From an uncultured Nitrospiraceae bacterium (GTDB lineage: Bacteria > Nitrospirota > Thermodesulfovibrionia > Thermodesulfovibrionales > Dissulfurispiraceae), in NCBI GenBank assembly GCA_963727805.1, contig CAVSHF010000003.1:928001-992000 (forward strand): a stretch of 64,000 nucleotides of DNA, in the 5' to 3' direction. Position 1 is the stretch's first letter. Every line of letters starts with the position of its first letter. The notes under the pieces are model-generated. The model saw only the letters and a program-made list of their open reading frames with translations. It was not told where the DNA came from and made no database searches. The translations under genes were made by a program, and so were the position numbers. Of the stretch, positions 41,395 through 51,630 are shown piece after piece.

Positions 41395-42312
41395 CTATTT
41401 CTTTGTGTAATATTTGTAAAGTTGGCGGTCTAATTCTTGGAAACGACGAGATATGGTATGAATGACCAATCCAGTAAAGCAGATAATCAATCCGGTTAAG
41501 ACAAGACCTACGGCAAGTATAGCAGAGGGCATTCGGCTAATGAAGCCTGTTTTAATAAACTCATTGATGACAAGAATACCAGGTATTAACCCTAAAATTA
41601 TGAAGAACAGTCCTAAGATGCCGAAGGCAGTCAATGGCTTATAATCCCTAAAGAATGCAAGTATAGTATTAAATATCAGAAAGCCGTCGCCCCAAATCCT
41701 GATCTTGGACATGCTACCGTCAGGGCGCGCTGATAAATCTATCGGTATTTCTATAATCCTGTAGTTCCGTTCGAGGCTTGCAATCGTAATTTCGGTGTCC
41801 ACTTCAAAACCACGGCTTGTAATTGGCAAATGTTTAACGACATCCCTGCTAAAAGCCCTGTATCCAGACAACAAATCGGTTATTTCAACTCTAAAAATTG
41901 AATTCGTGAGAAATAAAAATACACGGTTTCCTATCCTGTTTATTAGGTGAAAATGACTTTTAGCCGACGGATGGAGGCGCGATCCGATAACCATATCTGC
42001 ATCGCCGCTTAGAATGGGTGAGATAAGATCTTCTACCTTATTCGCAGGGTATGTCCCATCACCGTCGACAAGTATATAAATGTCAGCCTCAATTTCTCTG
42101 AACATTGTGCTAATAACATTACCTTTACCCTGTCTTCTTTCGAAGCGGACGATCGCACCTGCGTCCTTTGCCTGATCTGCCGTTCTGTCAGTAGAATTAT
42201 TGTCGTAGACATATACTTCAGCATCAGGAAGCTGCAATTTGAAGTCAGTCACGACCTGCCTAATTGTCATTTCTTCGTTAAAACAAGGTATTAAGACTGC
42301 AATTTTCCCCAT
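41395..42312 (-). CDS. GT2 glycosyltransferase (polyprenol-phosphate glycosyltransferase / DPM-like) with two C-terminal TM helices
   Basis: IPCFNEE, DNNSTD, GKG, DGD, GSR, D..SGYR and FE..TE motifs. Confidence 0.92.
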   Translation of the reverse strand: MGKIAVLIPCFNEEMTIRQVVTDFKLQLPDAEVYVYDNNSTDRTADQAKDAGAIVRFERRQGKGNVISTMFREIEADIYILVDGDGTYPANKVEDLISPILSGDADMVIGSRLHPSAKSHFHLINRIGNRVFLFLTNSIFRVEITDLLSGYRAFSRDVVKHLPITSRGFEVDTEITIASLERNYRIIEIPIDLSARPDGSMSKIRIWGDGFLIFNTILAFFRDYKPLTAFGILGLFFIILGLIPGILVINEFIKTGFISRMPSAILAVGLVLTGLIICFTGLVIHTISRRFQELDRQLYKYYTKK

Positions 42313-42365
42313 TGATTAGTATATATCATTCTCGCATGGTTTTAAATGTATGTTAAAATATTTCG

Positions 42366-44552
42366 ATGAGGAAATCGACCAATAAGAACAACGCGTTTAA
42401 CACCCCTATTACTACTCAAATTAGCCATGAAGAACCAGCAGACAAGACCGTTTATCGCAAGATGGCTGTCCATATCGCCTGCATCATAATCATTGGCATT
42501 TTAGCCTATTCAAATACCTTAAACTCGCCATTTGTATTTGATGATTATGAATATATTGTAAATAATTCCGTGATAAAAGAACTGACGGTATCCCCTGATC
42601 CTGCTAAAATAATTTCTCTCCCGTACGATCTAAAAAAACAGTTCTGGAACCGAATATTAGGACATTTGTCATTTGCGCTTAATTACAAGATACATGGGCT
42701 GGATGTAAAAGGCTATCACCTGTTTAATCTAACAATACATTTAGTTAACGCGCTTCTGATTTACGTGCTCATACAGTTAACTTTTAAAACTCCTTTTATC
42801 TTGTCCAGAACAAAGTTTGACCCATCTTTCGACCCAGGGATGAGCAAGTCAATCTCATTTATATGTGCGCTACTGTTTACTATTCACCCAATACAGACTG
42901 AGGCCGTATCCTACATTAGCCAGAGGCTTACCTCTTTGGCGACGCTTTTTTACTTTGTTGCATTAATTTTTTATGTCAAATCAAGATATTCGAAGACAGC
43001 CTATGTTTCTGTGAATTATTTTATTGCGCTTGTCGCAACTATTTTTGCCATGAAGACAAAAGAAATTTCATTTACATTGCCAATTTGCATATCCGTTTAC
43101 GAATTCATGTTTTTCACTGGTGCTTGGAAGAAAAGACTCGCATATCTATTGCCTTTCATACTAACAATGTTTATTATCCCGCTAACTCTCTTGCCAACGG
43201 ACACATTAGGCTCACTGTTTAACGGTATTGGCCAGGCATCAAAAGAAACAGTGTCAATTTCTCGGCTGGATTATCTGTATACACAGTTCAGCGTGATCGC
43301 TACATATTTAAGACTCCTCGTTCTGCCAGTCAACCAAAACTTGGATTATGACTATCCCGTATATCACTCCCTCGCTGTCCCCACTGTGTATCTATCATTT
43401 CTTCTGCTTCTGCTGATTATTGCCATCGCATTTTTTCTTCTTCATCTCTCGCGAAAAAATCGGAGCTTATCGTGGTGCTATCGTTTAATCTCTTTCGGTA
43501 TTTTCTATTCCTTCATAACGATTTCTGTCGAATCGAGCATAATACCAATAAAAGACGTCATATTTGAACATAGAATGTATCTGCCATTTTTTGGTTTTTC
43601 TTTGAGTGTAGCGACAGGGCTCATAGCTTTTAGAAGAAACTTAAATGGACCTATATTTTCCGGGATCGCAATTCTGGCAACTCTTGTCGTGGTGGTTATC
43701 TTGACAGGTACAACTTACTTACGAAATATGATATGGAGCAGTCCCATTGCATTATGGCAGGACACTGTCGAAAAAAGCCCGTCGAAATCCCAAGCTCACA
43801 ATAATCTTGGCCTTAGTTATGCTAAGGTGGGTAGAATTGATGATGCTATCAAAGAATATCGCATTGCAATAACTCTAAAGCCTGATCATCCCGAAGCACA
43901 TAATAATCTTGGCGTAAATTATTCTAAGATAGGTAGGATAGATGACGCCATTAAAGAATTTCTCTTAGTTATTGCTCTGAATCCTGATAATCCCGAAGCG
44001 CATAATAATCTTGGCGTAAATTATTCTAAGATAGGTAGGATAGATGACGCCATTAAAGAATTTCTCTTGGCGATAAGATTAAGGCCGTATTATACAGAAG
44101 TGCATAATAATCTCGCCATTTCTTACGAGAATAAAGGAGAATTTAGTAACGCTATAACAGAATATTCGATAATATCGAAATTGGATCCCGAAACTGCCGA
44201 AATACATAATAAACTTGGAGCTCTTTACCGTAGGATGGCCCGTTATGATGATGCCCGTGTGGAATATCTGAAAGCTATCAAACTTAAACCTGATTTTGTC
44301 GCTGCACACAATAATCTCGGATTTATTTATGAGCAACAGGGTCATCTTGATGACGCAATAAAGGAATACCTCATCGCCGTTAAAATCAAGCCAGATCTTG
44401 ATGAAGCTCACTTTGGTCTTGGATTATGTTACTTAAGAAAGAATCAGCGTGATAACGCTCTGGCGGAATTTACAACAGCCCTTAAGATTAGTCCACAGTT
44501 TGTAGAAGCCCGTAAGTATGTTGAATATTTATCAAAGAGCGAACGACGCTGA
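42366..44552 (+). CDS. TMTC-like membrane protein (GT-C-like N-terminus plus TPR array)
   Basis: FVFDD, YH..N...H, LF..HP..TEAV.YI..R, KE and EHRMYLP motifs; then about eight TPRs (AHNNLG). Confidence 0.88.
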   Translation: MRKSTNKNNAFNTPITTQISHEEPADKTVYRKMAVHIACIIIIGILAYSNTLNSPFVFDDYEYIVNNSVIKELTVSPDPAKIISLPYDLKKQFWNRILGHLSFALNYKIHGLDVKGYHLFNLTIHLVNALLIYVLIQLTFKTPFILSRTKFDPSFDPGMSKSISFICALLFTIHPIQTEAVSYISQRLTSLATLFYFVALIFYVKSRYSKTAYVSVNYFIALVATIFAMKTKEISFTLPICISVYEFMFFTGAWKKRLAYLLPFILTMFIIPLTLLPTDTLGSLFNGIGQASKETVSISRLDYLYTQFSVIATYLRLLVLPVNQNLDYDYPVYHSLAVPTVYLSFLLLLLIIAIAFFLLHLSRKNRSLSWCYRLISFGIFYSFITISVESSIIPIKDVIFEHRMYLPFFGFSLSVATGLIAFRRNLNGPIFSGIAILATLVVVVILTGTTYLRNMIWSSPIALWQDTVEKSPSKSQAHNNLGLSYAKVGRIDDAIKEYRIAITLKPDHPEAHNNLGVNYSKIGRIDDAIKEFLLVIALNPDNPEAHNNLGVNYSKIGRIDDAIKEFLLAIRLRPYYTEVHNNLAISYENKGEFSNAITEYSIISKLDPETAEIHNKLGALYRRMARYDDARVEYLKAIKLKPDFVAAHNNLGFIYEQQGHLDDAIKEYLIAVKIKPDLDEAHFGLGLCYLRKNQRDNALAEFTTALKISPQFVEARKYVEYLSKSERR
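43899..44068 (+). repeat. 68-bp exact intragenic duplication at 102-bp (one TPR) period
   Basis: 43899-43966 is identical to 44001-44068. Confidence 0.9.
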
Positions 44553-44599
44553 TTAGTAAGCTCATCTCTCATAGAGAGCAAGTGAAATTAATGTTGTAT

Positions 44600-45259
44600 T
44601 TATGCGAGGTCCTCACGAAAGCTTTTTCCCACCACAACCCCAATTACCGTTCCGACAATGGCCCCAGCTACAAAATCTGAAAACCAGTGAATGCTTATAG
44701 ATACTCCGAATCCGATGTAGAGCGCATAAGAAAGCGAGAGATATCTTACAATTTTATTTTTTGGATACAGCATCAACAGCGTTACAGACATAGCAAAAGC
44801 AATAGTGGTGTGAGAGGATGGCCAACCCCAAAACACTCCGCCGCGCAGAAAGCCAAAGTCAAATTCACGGCTGATGTCGACAATAGCTGGTGTGCACAAT
44901 CTTGGCGGATGAACTCTCCCGGTGAATGCCTTGTAAAAGGCAGCTATGAGCAAGCCAATGAGTACTGATTGACCTAAAGCGAAGGCTGTATTCATAGCTC
45001 TCAAATTCTTACTCACCTTGCCCACAACAAAAAGAGTGAGTGGTACGATAATTGGCAGACGACTACCAAGAATGACAGCCGGAAAAAGAAGTGATAATAA
45101 AAGGACGCTTCTGGATGATTTGAAGTAGAGCCAGTCAAAACCAGAGGTTACGAAGATGCATGTAAAAATAATCGCCAACAGATGCCAGAGAAAATTATAC
45201 CCTCCAAAGCATTTGATGATATTCTTGGGTAGACTGTAGAAAAATGCTCGCATGGCCAT
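44600..45259 (-). CDS. PAP2-family membrane phosphatase
   Basis: KAFTGRVHP (KxxxxRxxP), PSSH and HWFSD motifs. Confidence 0.88.
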   Translation of the reverse strand: MAMRAFFYSLPKNIIKCFGGYNFLWHLLAIIFTCIFVTSGFDWLYFKSSRSVLLLSLLFPAVILGSRLPIIVPLTLFVVGKVSKNLRAMNTAFALGQSVLIGLLIAAFYKAFTGRVHPPRLCTPAIVDISREFDFGFLRGGVFWGWPSSHTTIAFAMSVTLLMLYPKNKIVRYLSLSYALYIGFGVSISIHWFSDFVAGAIVGTVIGVVVGKSFREDLA

Positions 45260-45636
45260 TTATTGATTACCTTTCCCAAAGGGGCATACCCTGACGCATA
45301 TCCCACAAGTTCTAACTGTGATGCGGACCATATCCCTCACTACAAGGGATCCTCTGCACTCCATTGTAACAGTATCTTATGCGACGGTGGAGAATTTATT
45401 GATCAGGGGTAATGACTCACTAATTTTCAGTGCAGGCTTTATTGTGTCTCCACGCTTTGCATCGGCATAGCCAGCTGTCTTCCTTGGAACACGTTGCATC
45501 ACGTACAATATCGATATGACGTGATACTCGGCTTTTTTTAATAATTTTCACCAATTGAGTATACTAATAATAAATAACCGTTTGTTAATAACTTTTCGGC
45601 GTGATGCAATCTAGCAGCCGGATGAGGAGGTCTCAT

Positions 45637-46827
45637 ATGAAACGACGCGATTTCCTTAAGGTGGCGGCATTGACCGCAGCCGCTGTGACAACTAGCCCGC
45701 TTTATGCGGAAACAATGACCGAAGTGTCCTCTGTCAAAAGTTATCGTGAAATCGGAAAGACCGGGTTGAAGATGAGCGATATTTCCTTCGGTGCCGGAAA
45801 GCTTTCGGCCGCTTCGATGGTCCTCAGGGCTGTGGATAGTGGCATTAACTATTTTGACACCGCTCCGGATTACGGCCAATCTGAAAATACGATCGGCGAA
45901 GCCATGGGCAAGATCAGAAGAGACAAGATCATCATTACCTCGAAATTCTGCCACCCCCAGCCCTATCCAGGTCATCTCCCTCTGGGTTCGAAGAAGGAAG
46001 ATTACATAGCTTCAGTCGAAGGAAGCCTATCTAGGATGAAGACCGATTACCTCGATTTCTGCTTTGTACACGCTATAGGTGAGATGAGCAAGGACCTGGA
46101 AGCCGAGAAAAAAAGGCTCCTTAACGATGAGATGTTCGAAGCCGTGGCTAAACTGAAAAAGGCAGGGAAGATCCGTTTTTTGGGCACCTCTTCTCACGGA
46201 CCTAACAATATGGAGGAACTTCTGATGACTGCGGTCAACGCAGGCCAATTCGATGTGATCCAGCCGTCCTTCAACTTCATGAAGTTTCCGAAGCTGCCCG
46301 AGGTCATGAAGGAAGCCCACAGAAAGGGGGTTGGCGTAATCGCCATGAAAACTCTTGCTGGCGCCAAGGATATGAATGTGGAGGCAAAAGGAGCGGAGTT
46401 TTCCCATGCAGCATTCAAGTGGGTGCTGAAGCATCCGGAGGTGAGCGGCCTTATCGTCACAATGAAGACAGCTTCTGATATCGAGCTCTATCTCAAGGCT
46501 TCGGGGGCAAAATTCACCGCCGCCGATCAGGATGTCCTCGATCGTTATGCCCGTTTGTATGGAAGCGAATACTGCAGAACAGGCTGTGGAGAGTGCGAGA
46601 AATCGTGCGCCCTGGGAGTGGAGATCGCCTCAGTCATGAGATACCGGATGTATTTCATGGACTACGGCATGGAAAAGAGGGCGATGCAGTCCTATGCCTT
46701 GTTGAAAAAGAACGCATCAACCTGCTTCGGATGTGTTGATCCCGGTTGCGTCGGCAGCTGTCCCCATGGTCTCCCTGTGAAGGACATGCTCTGCGATGCG
46801 CATGAGTCGATGTCGTTCTCAGTCTGA
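45637..46827 (+). CDS. Tat-exported aldo/keto reductase with C-terminal Fe-S dicluster
   Basis: GAGGAGG RBS; MKRRDFLK; INYFDTA..Y; SL.R..TDYLD; CRTGCGEC..SC and CFGC...C...CP. Confidence 0.9.
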   Translation: MKRRDFLKVAALTAAAVTTSPLYAETMTEVSSVKSYREIGKTGLKMSDISFGAGKLSAASMVLRAVDSGINYFDTAPDYGQSENTIGEAMGKIRRDKIIITSKFCHPQPYPGHLPLGSKKEDYIASVEGSLSRMKTDYLDFCFVHAIGEMSKDLEAEKKRLLNDEMFEAVAKLKKAGKIRFLGTSSHGPNNMEELLMTAVNAGQFDVIQPSFNFMKFPKLPEVMKEAHRKGVGVIAMKTLAGAKDMNVEAKGAEFSHAAFKWVLKHPEVSGLIVTMKTASDIELYLKASGAKFTAADQDVLDRYARLYGSEYCRTGCGECEKSCALGVEIASVMRYRMYFMDYGMEKRAMQSYALLKKNASTCFGCVDPGCVGSCPHGLPVKDMLCDAHESMSFSV

Positions 46828-47795
46828 TGAACTCGGTTCCGTTTAAATACCGCCTTCTTCTGATTGGGTTGCTGCCGCTTATCGCCGCAGTCCTATATTT
46901 CAGAGGCCAGAACTATGATCCAGCCCTGATAGACTTCAATAAAACGGTGCAGCAGGAAGTCCTTGGTTCTGTGGCGTCACCTAAAGTTGCACAAGAGTTG
47001 CAGCCTCTCGCCGTCGCTCAGGATATAGCGGGGTTCCGGAAGTTCGGTGATGAGCATCGTTACACAAAGGAAAATCTTTATGAACATGTTGACGGCCATG
47101 CGGAATATTTTATCAGTGCCGGGTTTCAAGGGCTTACGGTTACGGAGTACATTGCCGCAGGGTCAAAGGCTACACAGGCGGAAATCCAAGTCGAGGTCTT
47201 TGACATGGGTAAAAGCATTCAAGCCTTCGGGGTCCTGGCGGATGAGTCTGGAGAAAAACCCACTCCGGTCTCTGTTGGAACGATGGGTTACAAGACCTCA
47301 ATGGGTATTAACTACATCAAAGGAAGGTATTACGTCAAGATATCGGCCTTCAGCCCTAAGACATCAATAATCAAATTTTCGAAGGGATTCGCTGACACTC
47401 TTCCAGCGGGACGGGATCCTTTCGAGGTCTTTTCGAAGTTCCCCGATCTCGGAAAGGTCGAAAACACGAGGTTTGCAAAAGAGGGTTATCGCGGTCTCGA
47501 TTTCCTCCATAATGTGGTCGAACGTGAATACTCCACAAGTAGTGGCAAGATCAAGGTGGCACTTATGGCAGGCAGTGAACATGAAATGCAATCACTGCTG
47601 TCCTCATTTCTTGACTACTTTGGAAAATCTGGGATGCGATACGAAAGAATCGAAAGGGGCGGATCAGAAGCGTACAAGGTTATGGACAAATATGAGGGCA
47701 ACTGGTTTCTTATCCGGTCTCGCGATGCGGTTTTCGGTGTGTTCGGGACGAATGACGAGGGAATCTTGAAATTCTTTATGAAGGACAAGGGTTAA
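46827..47795 (+). CDS. Membrane-anchored periplasmic protein (DUF6599-like)
   Basis: N-terminal TM helix; NLYEHVDGHAEYF...GF, FDMG...AFG and KGRYYV; coupled to the upstream stop codon. Confidence 0.75.
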   Translation: MNSVPFKYRLLLIGLLPLIAAVLYFRGQNYDPALIDFNKTVQQEVLGSVASPKVAQELQPLAVAQDIAGFRKFGDEHRYTKENLYEHVDGHAEYFISAGFQGLTVTEYIAAGSKATQAEIQVEVFDMGKSIQAFGVLADESGEKPTPVSVGTMGYKTSMGINYIKGRYYVKISAFSPKTSIIKFSKGFADTLPAGRDPFEVFSKFPDLGKVENTRFAKEGYRGLDFLHNVVEREYSTSSGKIKVALMAGSEHEMQSLLSSFLDYFGKSGMRYERIERGGSEAYKVMDKYEGNWFLIRSRDAVFGVFGTNDEGILKFFMKDKG

Positions 47796-47815
47796 AAACC
47801 CGCTGATGTAGTCCT

Positions 47816-48808
47816 ATGTCATCGAAGAACAACAAAAGAGAACCGGACATTAGCAGGAGACAATTTCTCCTGAGAACTGCTGCCACCTGCGGCCTTGCAG
47901 CAACTGCAGCAGTATGGGGATATGTATTTTATAGTGAAGAACCGGTCCGCCGGAGCGTCGGGAGGATACTCACCTTCAAGGACTTCCGCGTCGAAGAAAA
48001 AACAGTCTATCCTAAGCTTGCCGTGGTCCACGGCAAAAATGCGGAGACGATGGTCCGGGCCGCAATCGAAAAGATCGGCGGCATAGGCCGGTTTGTGAAC
48101 CCCGGTGAGAAGATCTTACTAAAGCCAAATGTAGCATGGGACAGACAACCAGAACAGGCGGCCAACACCAATCCAGCGGTGGTTGCCGCAGTCGTTAAGC
48201 TTTGTCTGGAGGCACGAGCATCAGAGGTTTGGGTAACAGATGTTTCGGTGAACAATCCCTACAGATGTTTCGCCCGTTCTGGGATCGAAGATGCGGTGAA
48301 GAGAGCGGGCGGAAAGATCAGATTGACTACCGAAAACGACTTTGTCCTTACTGACCTGAAGGGTGAATCTCTCAAGGTTTGGCCTGTAAGCGCCTTTTAC
48401 CACCAAGCTGACAAGCTTATCAATTTGCCGGTCGTGAAACACCATTCCCTTAGTAAGTGCACAATGGCCATGAAAAACCTTTATGGCTCCCTCGGCGGAC
48501 AGAGGAACCGCCTGCATCAGGACATTAATCCCGCGATCGCAGACCTCGCCTGCGCGATCAGACCGACACTCACTGTCATGGATGCCACGAGGGTACTCAA
48601 GAGAAACGGTCCGACTGGTGGTAACCTCTCGGACGTATCCATAGAGAACACGGTTATCGCTGGAGTGGACATGGTGGCAATTGAGTCTTATGGACTCAGG
48701 TTTCTTGATCTGAAGGTTGAGGATATTCCTTTTATTTTAATGGCGGAAAAGAGAGGCATCGGGATTTCCGACTGGAAATCGCTCAACGTTGCCGAAATGA
48801 ACGTATGA
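47816..48808 (+). CDS. DUF362 family protein with twin-arginine N-terminus
   Basis: SRRQFL; LKPNVAW; ANTNP; INLPVVKHH; MAMKNLYG; DMVAIES. Confidence 0.88.
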   Translation: MSSKNNKREPDISRRQFLLRTAATCGLAATAAVWGYVFYSEEPVRRSVGRILTFKDFRVEEKTVYPKLAVVHGKNAETMVRAAIEKIGGIGRFVNPGEKILLKPNVAWDRQPEQAANTNPAVVAAVVKLCLEARASEVWVTDVSVNNPYRCFARSGIEDAVKRAGGKIRLTTENDFVLTDLKGESLKVWPVSAFYHQADKLINLPVVKHHSLSKCTMAMKNLYGSLGGQRNRLHQDINPAIADLACAIRPTLTVMDATRVLKRNGPTGGNLSDVSIENTVIAGVDMVAIESYGLRFLDLKVEDIPFILMAEKRGIGISDWKSLNVAEMNV

Positions 48809-50322
48809 ACCGAAAGATCCTGAGCCTGCGAAATATCAGGAGAATTTACGCCGTCTTTTTCATAGTGCTTTTCGTACTTCTTCTTTGGCTGACGAGTTTC
48901 GGGCGCATGAAGGGGTACGAGACACCGCTGTTTCTGGAACTCGACCCCCTCGCTGCTATCGCCTCTTTTCTCACCAGTTGGACAGTCTATAAGGGGCTCG
49001 CCCTTTCGCTTTTTGTCATTAGCGGAACGCTCTTATTCGGCCGCTTCTTCTGTTCGTGGGTGTGTCCGATGGGCATCATCAACCAGATCGCAGCAAGCGT
49101 CTTCACTAAGCTTAGGGCGGTAGATACCTTTGCACAGAATTCCTATCGACCTCTCTACCGTCTTAAATACTATCTCCTTACTATATTCCTAGCCCTTGCT
49201 GCGTTTGGTTCGCTTCAGATTGGATTACTCGATCCAATTCCATTTTTCACGCGGTCCTTCGCTATCTCAGTATTTCCGATGATTAATAGCAGCCAGGGCT
49301 GGCTCTATCTTAAACAGCCCCTTTTTAATGGTGGAACTTTGCTGGGTATGATCTTTCTTGCGGTGATCTTTGCAAACAGGTTTCTTCCGAAATTATGGTG
49401 TCGTGCGGTCTGTCCCTTGGGTGCTCTTCTCGGACTGCTATCTTACCGGCCTATTCTTAGGATATGGCGCGACGTTGACCTTTGCACCGACTGCAAAAAA
49501 TGCCTCGGCCACTGTCACGGCGCATGCGATCCGCATACGGCTCTTCGGGTTTCAGAATGTCACCTTTGTATGAACTGCATCGAAGACTGCCCTGAGGGCG
49601 CAATCCATTACGGCCTGTCAAAACCTTCAAGTTCTGCACAGATGCCTCTCGATGTAAGCCGTCGCAGGCTGATCGAAAGCGCCCTCGCAGGGGCGATTCT
49701 CCTTCCAATGATGCACAGCACTATCACCTCCAAAACTTCGCCGCAACATCGTGTGATCAGGCCGCCTGGTTCCATTTCCGAAGAAGATTTCCTCCGACGG
49801 TGCCTCAAGTGTGGAGAATGCATGAAGGTCTGTCCGACCAACGCGATTCAGCCTGCGTTGCTGGAGGCGGGATTCGAGGGGATCTGGACACCAATACTGA
49901 TCAACAGGATCGGCTACTGCGAGTACAACTGTGTGCTATGCAGTCACGTATGCCCAACCGGCGCCATAAGCCCTATTACGGTCGATAAAAAAATTGGAAA
50001 GAGTGCCGGACAGAGGCCGCTCAAGATCGGCACTGCCTTTTACGACCGCGGAAGGTGCCTACCTTGGTCGATGAATATCGAATGTATAGTCTGCGAAGAG
50101 GTCTGCCCCACATCGCCGAAGGCGATTTGGTTTCAGACCTTTGAGGTGGAACTTAGAGATGGAACGACAAAAATGCTGAAGCGCCCTTACGTGGACCCGA
50201 ATCTCTGCACCGGTTGCGGGATTTGTGAAAACAAGTGCCCTATCCGTGATCAGGCCGCGGTCCGCATTACCTCTATAGGAGAGACGCGGTCATCAACGAA
50301 CCAAATGATACTCAAGCCCTGA
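48805..50322 (+). CDS. Membrane polyferredoxin (NapH/MauN-like fused to NapG/MauM-like)
   Basis: GRFFCSWVCP and WCRAVCPLG membrane domain; IRPPG...F...CLKCGEC..VCP; several CxxCxxCxxxCP motifs. Confidence 0.9.
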   Translation: MNRKILSLRNIRRIYAVFFIVLFVLLLWLTSFGRMKGYETPLFLELDPLAAIASFLTSWTVYKGLALSLFVISGTLLFGRFFCSWVCPMGIINQIAASVFTKLRAVDTFAQNSYRPLYRLKYYLLTIFLALAAFGSLQIGLLDPIPFFTRSFAISVFPMINSSQGWLYLKQPLFNGGTLLGMIFLAVIFANRFLPKLWCRAVCPLGALLGLLSYRPILRIWRDVDLCTDCKKCLGHCHGACDPHTALRVSECHLCMNCIEDCPEGAIHYGLSKPSSSAQMPLDVSRRRLIESALAGAILLPMMHSTITSKTSPQHRVIRPPGSISEEDFLRRCLKCGECMKVCPTNAIQPALLEAGFEGIWTPILINRIGYCEYNCVLCSHVCPTGAISPITVDKKIGKSAGQRPLKIGTAFYDRGRCLPWSMNIECIVCEEVCPTSPKAIWFQTFEVELRDGTTKMLKRPYVDPNLCTGCGICENKCPIRDQAAVRITSIGETRSSTNQMILKP

Positions 50323-50640
50323 AAAAGATCCAATTCCCCAACTTGTTGGGTCTCGCCACTTCTTTTATCCTGCAAATGTGTGTAACAGACCATTCTTTTC
50401 ACCACCCATCGTTCAAAAGTATTAAGTAGAAGTGATAAAGAAACAGATTCGGGATATCACAATTAGCTTCAGATACAGAAGCATTGGATAACGAGGTTTC
50501 GATGGTTTTTCCCGACTATTATCACCTTTCGGGTACAGCTGCACACATGACTTTCAGAAGAACTCAATCCTGCTACCACTGAACAAATCTTTCGTGGTAT
50601 ACTCTTTGTCATCAATCATCTACCTTTATAGGAGAACAAC

Positions 50641-50910
50641 ATGAACAAAGCAGAACTTGTAGAGAAGTTATCAAAGGACGCCGGGATTTCTAAGGCTCAG
50701 GCAGAGGCAGCCATTAAGTCTTTTAGCGAGGCAGTCGCCAAAACAGCTAAGAAAGATGGCAAGCTTATTCTTGTCGGTTTCGGCACATTCTCGCTGGCAA
50801 AGCGGAAGGCCAGAAAAGGAAGGAACCCCAAAACTGGAGAAGCAATTAAAATCAAGGCCAGCAAGACCGTCAAGTTCGCTGCTGGCAAAAATCTGAAAGC
50901 GATCCTATAG
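50641..50910 (+). CDS. hup: Histone-like DNA-binding protein HU
   Basis: MNKAELV...GFGTF...ARKGRNPKTGE.I.I. Confidence 0.97.
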   Translation: MNKAELVEKLSKDAGISKAQAEAAIKSFSEAVAKTAKKDGKLILVGFGTFSLAKRKARKGRNPKTGEAIKIKASKTVKFAAGKNLKAIL

Positions 50911-50916
50911 TGCAAC

Positions 50917-50957
50917 AATATCCCCCTGTTTCACTTATATTGAAACAGGGGGATATT
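50917..50957. terminator. Hairpin between convergent genes, probably a bidirectional terminator
   Basis: Perfect 17-bp stem AATATCCCCCTGTTTCA/TGAAACAGGGGGATATT. Confidence 0.8.
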
Positions 50958-50987
50958 CTTAAATTCAGTTTAAAACAACGCCGAGAT

Positions 50988-51209
50988 TTACTTTGCTGGT
51001 TTCATCTGCTCGCCACAACAGATTATATCGCAGAAATCAACACAGCCGCAAACTTCATCTACGGTCACGGCAAGGCCGCATACACCACATTCATAATGGT
51101 TACCACTCTTGAGCTCCTTCTGTTGCTTTGGTGCTGTCTTTTTTGCAGTTGTCTTCGTCTTCGCTGCCTTTACCGCCTTTGAAGTTGATACTTTTTTCTT
51201 TGTCGCCAT
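50988..51209 (-). CDS. Small protein: Lys/Ala/Thr-rich tail plus desulforedoxin-like Cys domain
   Basis: AAGGAGG RBS; MATKKKVSTSKAVKAAKTKTTAKK...YECGVCG...CGC...C.IICCGEQM. Confidence 0.8.
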   Translation of the reverse strand: MATKKKVSTSKAVKAAKTKTTAKKTAPKQQKELKSGNHYECGVCGLAVTVDEVCGCVDFCDIICCGEQMKPAK

Positions 51210-51261
51210 CTTTCCTCCTTTTAAAAAAGTTTATTAATATAAATATAGCAACTACTTTATC

Positions 51262-51630
51262 CTATTTCATAAGTTGCCCCGTATCATACAATGCCTCAAT
51301 GTTAAAAGCAGGTACTGTAACGGAGATATAGATAAGTTTCTCCGATCCTGCATTCTCAACCGCGTGCTCCACATTTGAAGGGATGTATAGAAGATCTCCC
51401 GTCTGAACATCGGCAATCTCAGAACCAACCTTTATACGACCCTTCCCATTGATAATGATATAGGCTTGTTCCGGCACATGATGATGAGGTTGCTGATTTG
51501 AGCCTGGCTCAACTTCCACCCTGGCAATTGCAAGATTATCAGTTGGTGTATCTCCGGACTGTAACAATATGTGCGACACTAAGCCTGGGCGAATTCGCTT
51601 TGGTGACTCTGTAAGACTTCTTTTAAACAT
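51262..51630 (-). CDS. Cupin domain protein
   Basis: PHHHVPEQAYII...G.LLYIPSNVEH. Confidence 0.88.
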   Translation of the reverse strand: MFKRSLTESPKRIRPGLVSHILLQSGDTPTDNLAIARVEVEPGSNQQPHHHVPEQAYIIINGKGRIKVGSEIADVQTGDLLYIPSNVEHAVENAGSEKLIYISVTVPAFNIEALYDTGQLMK

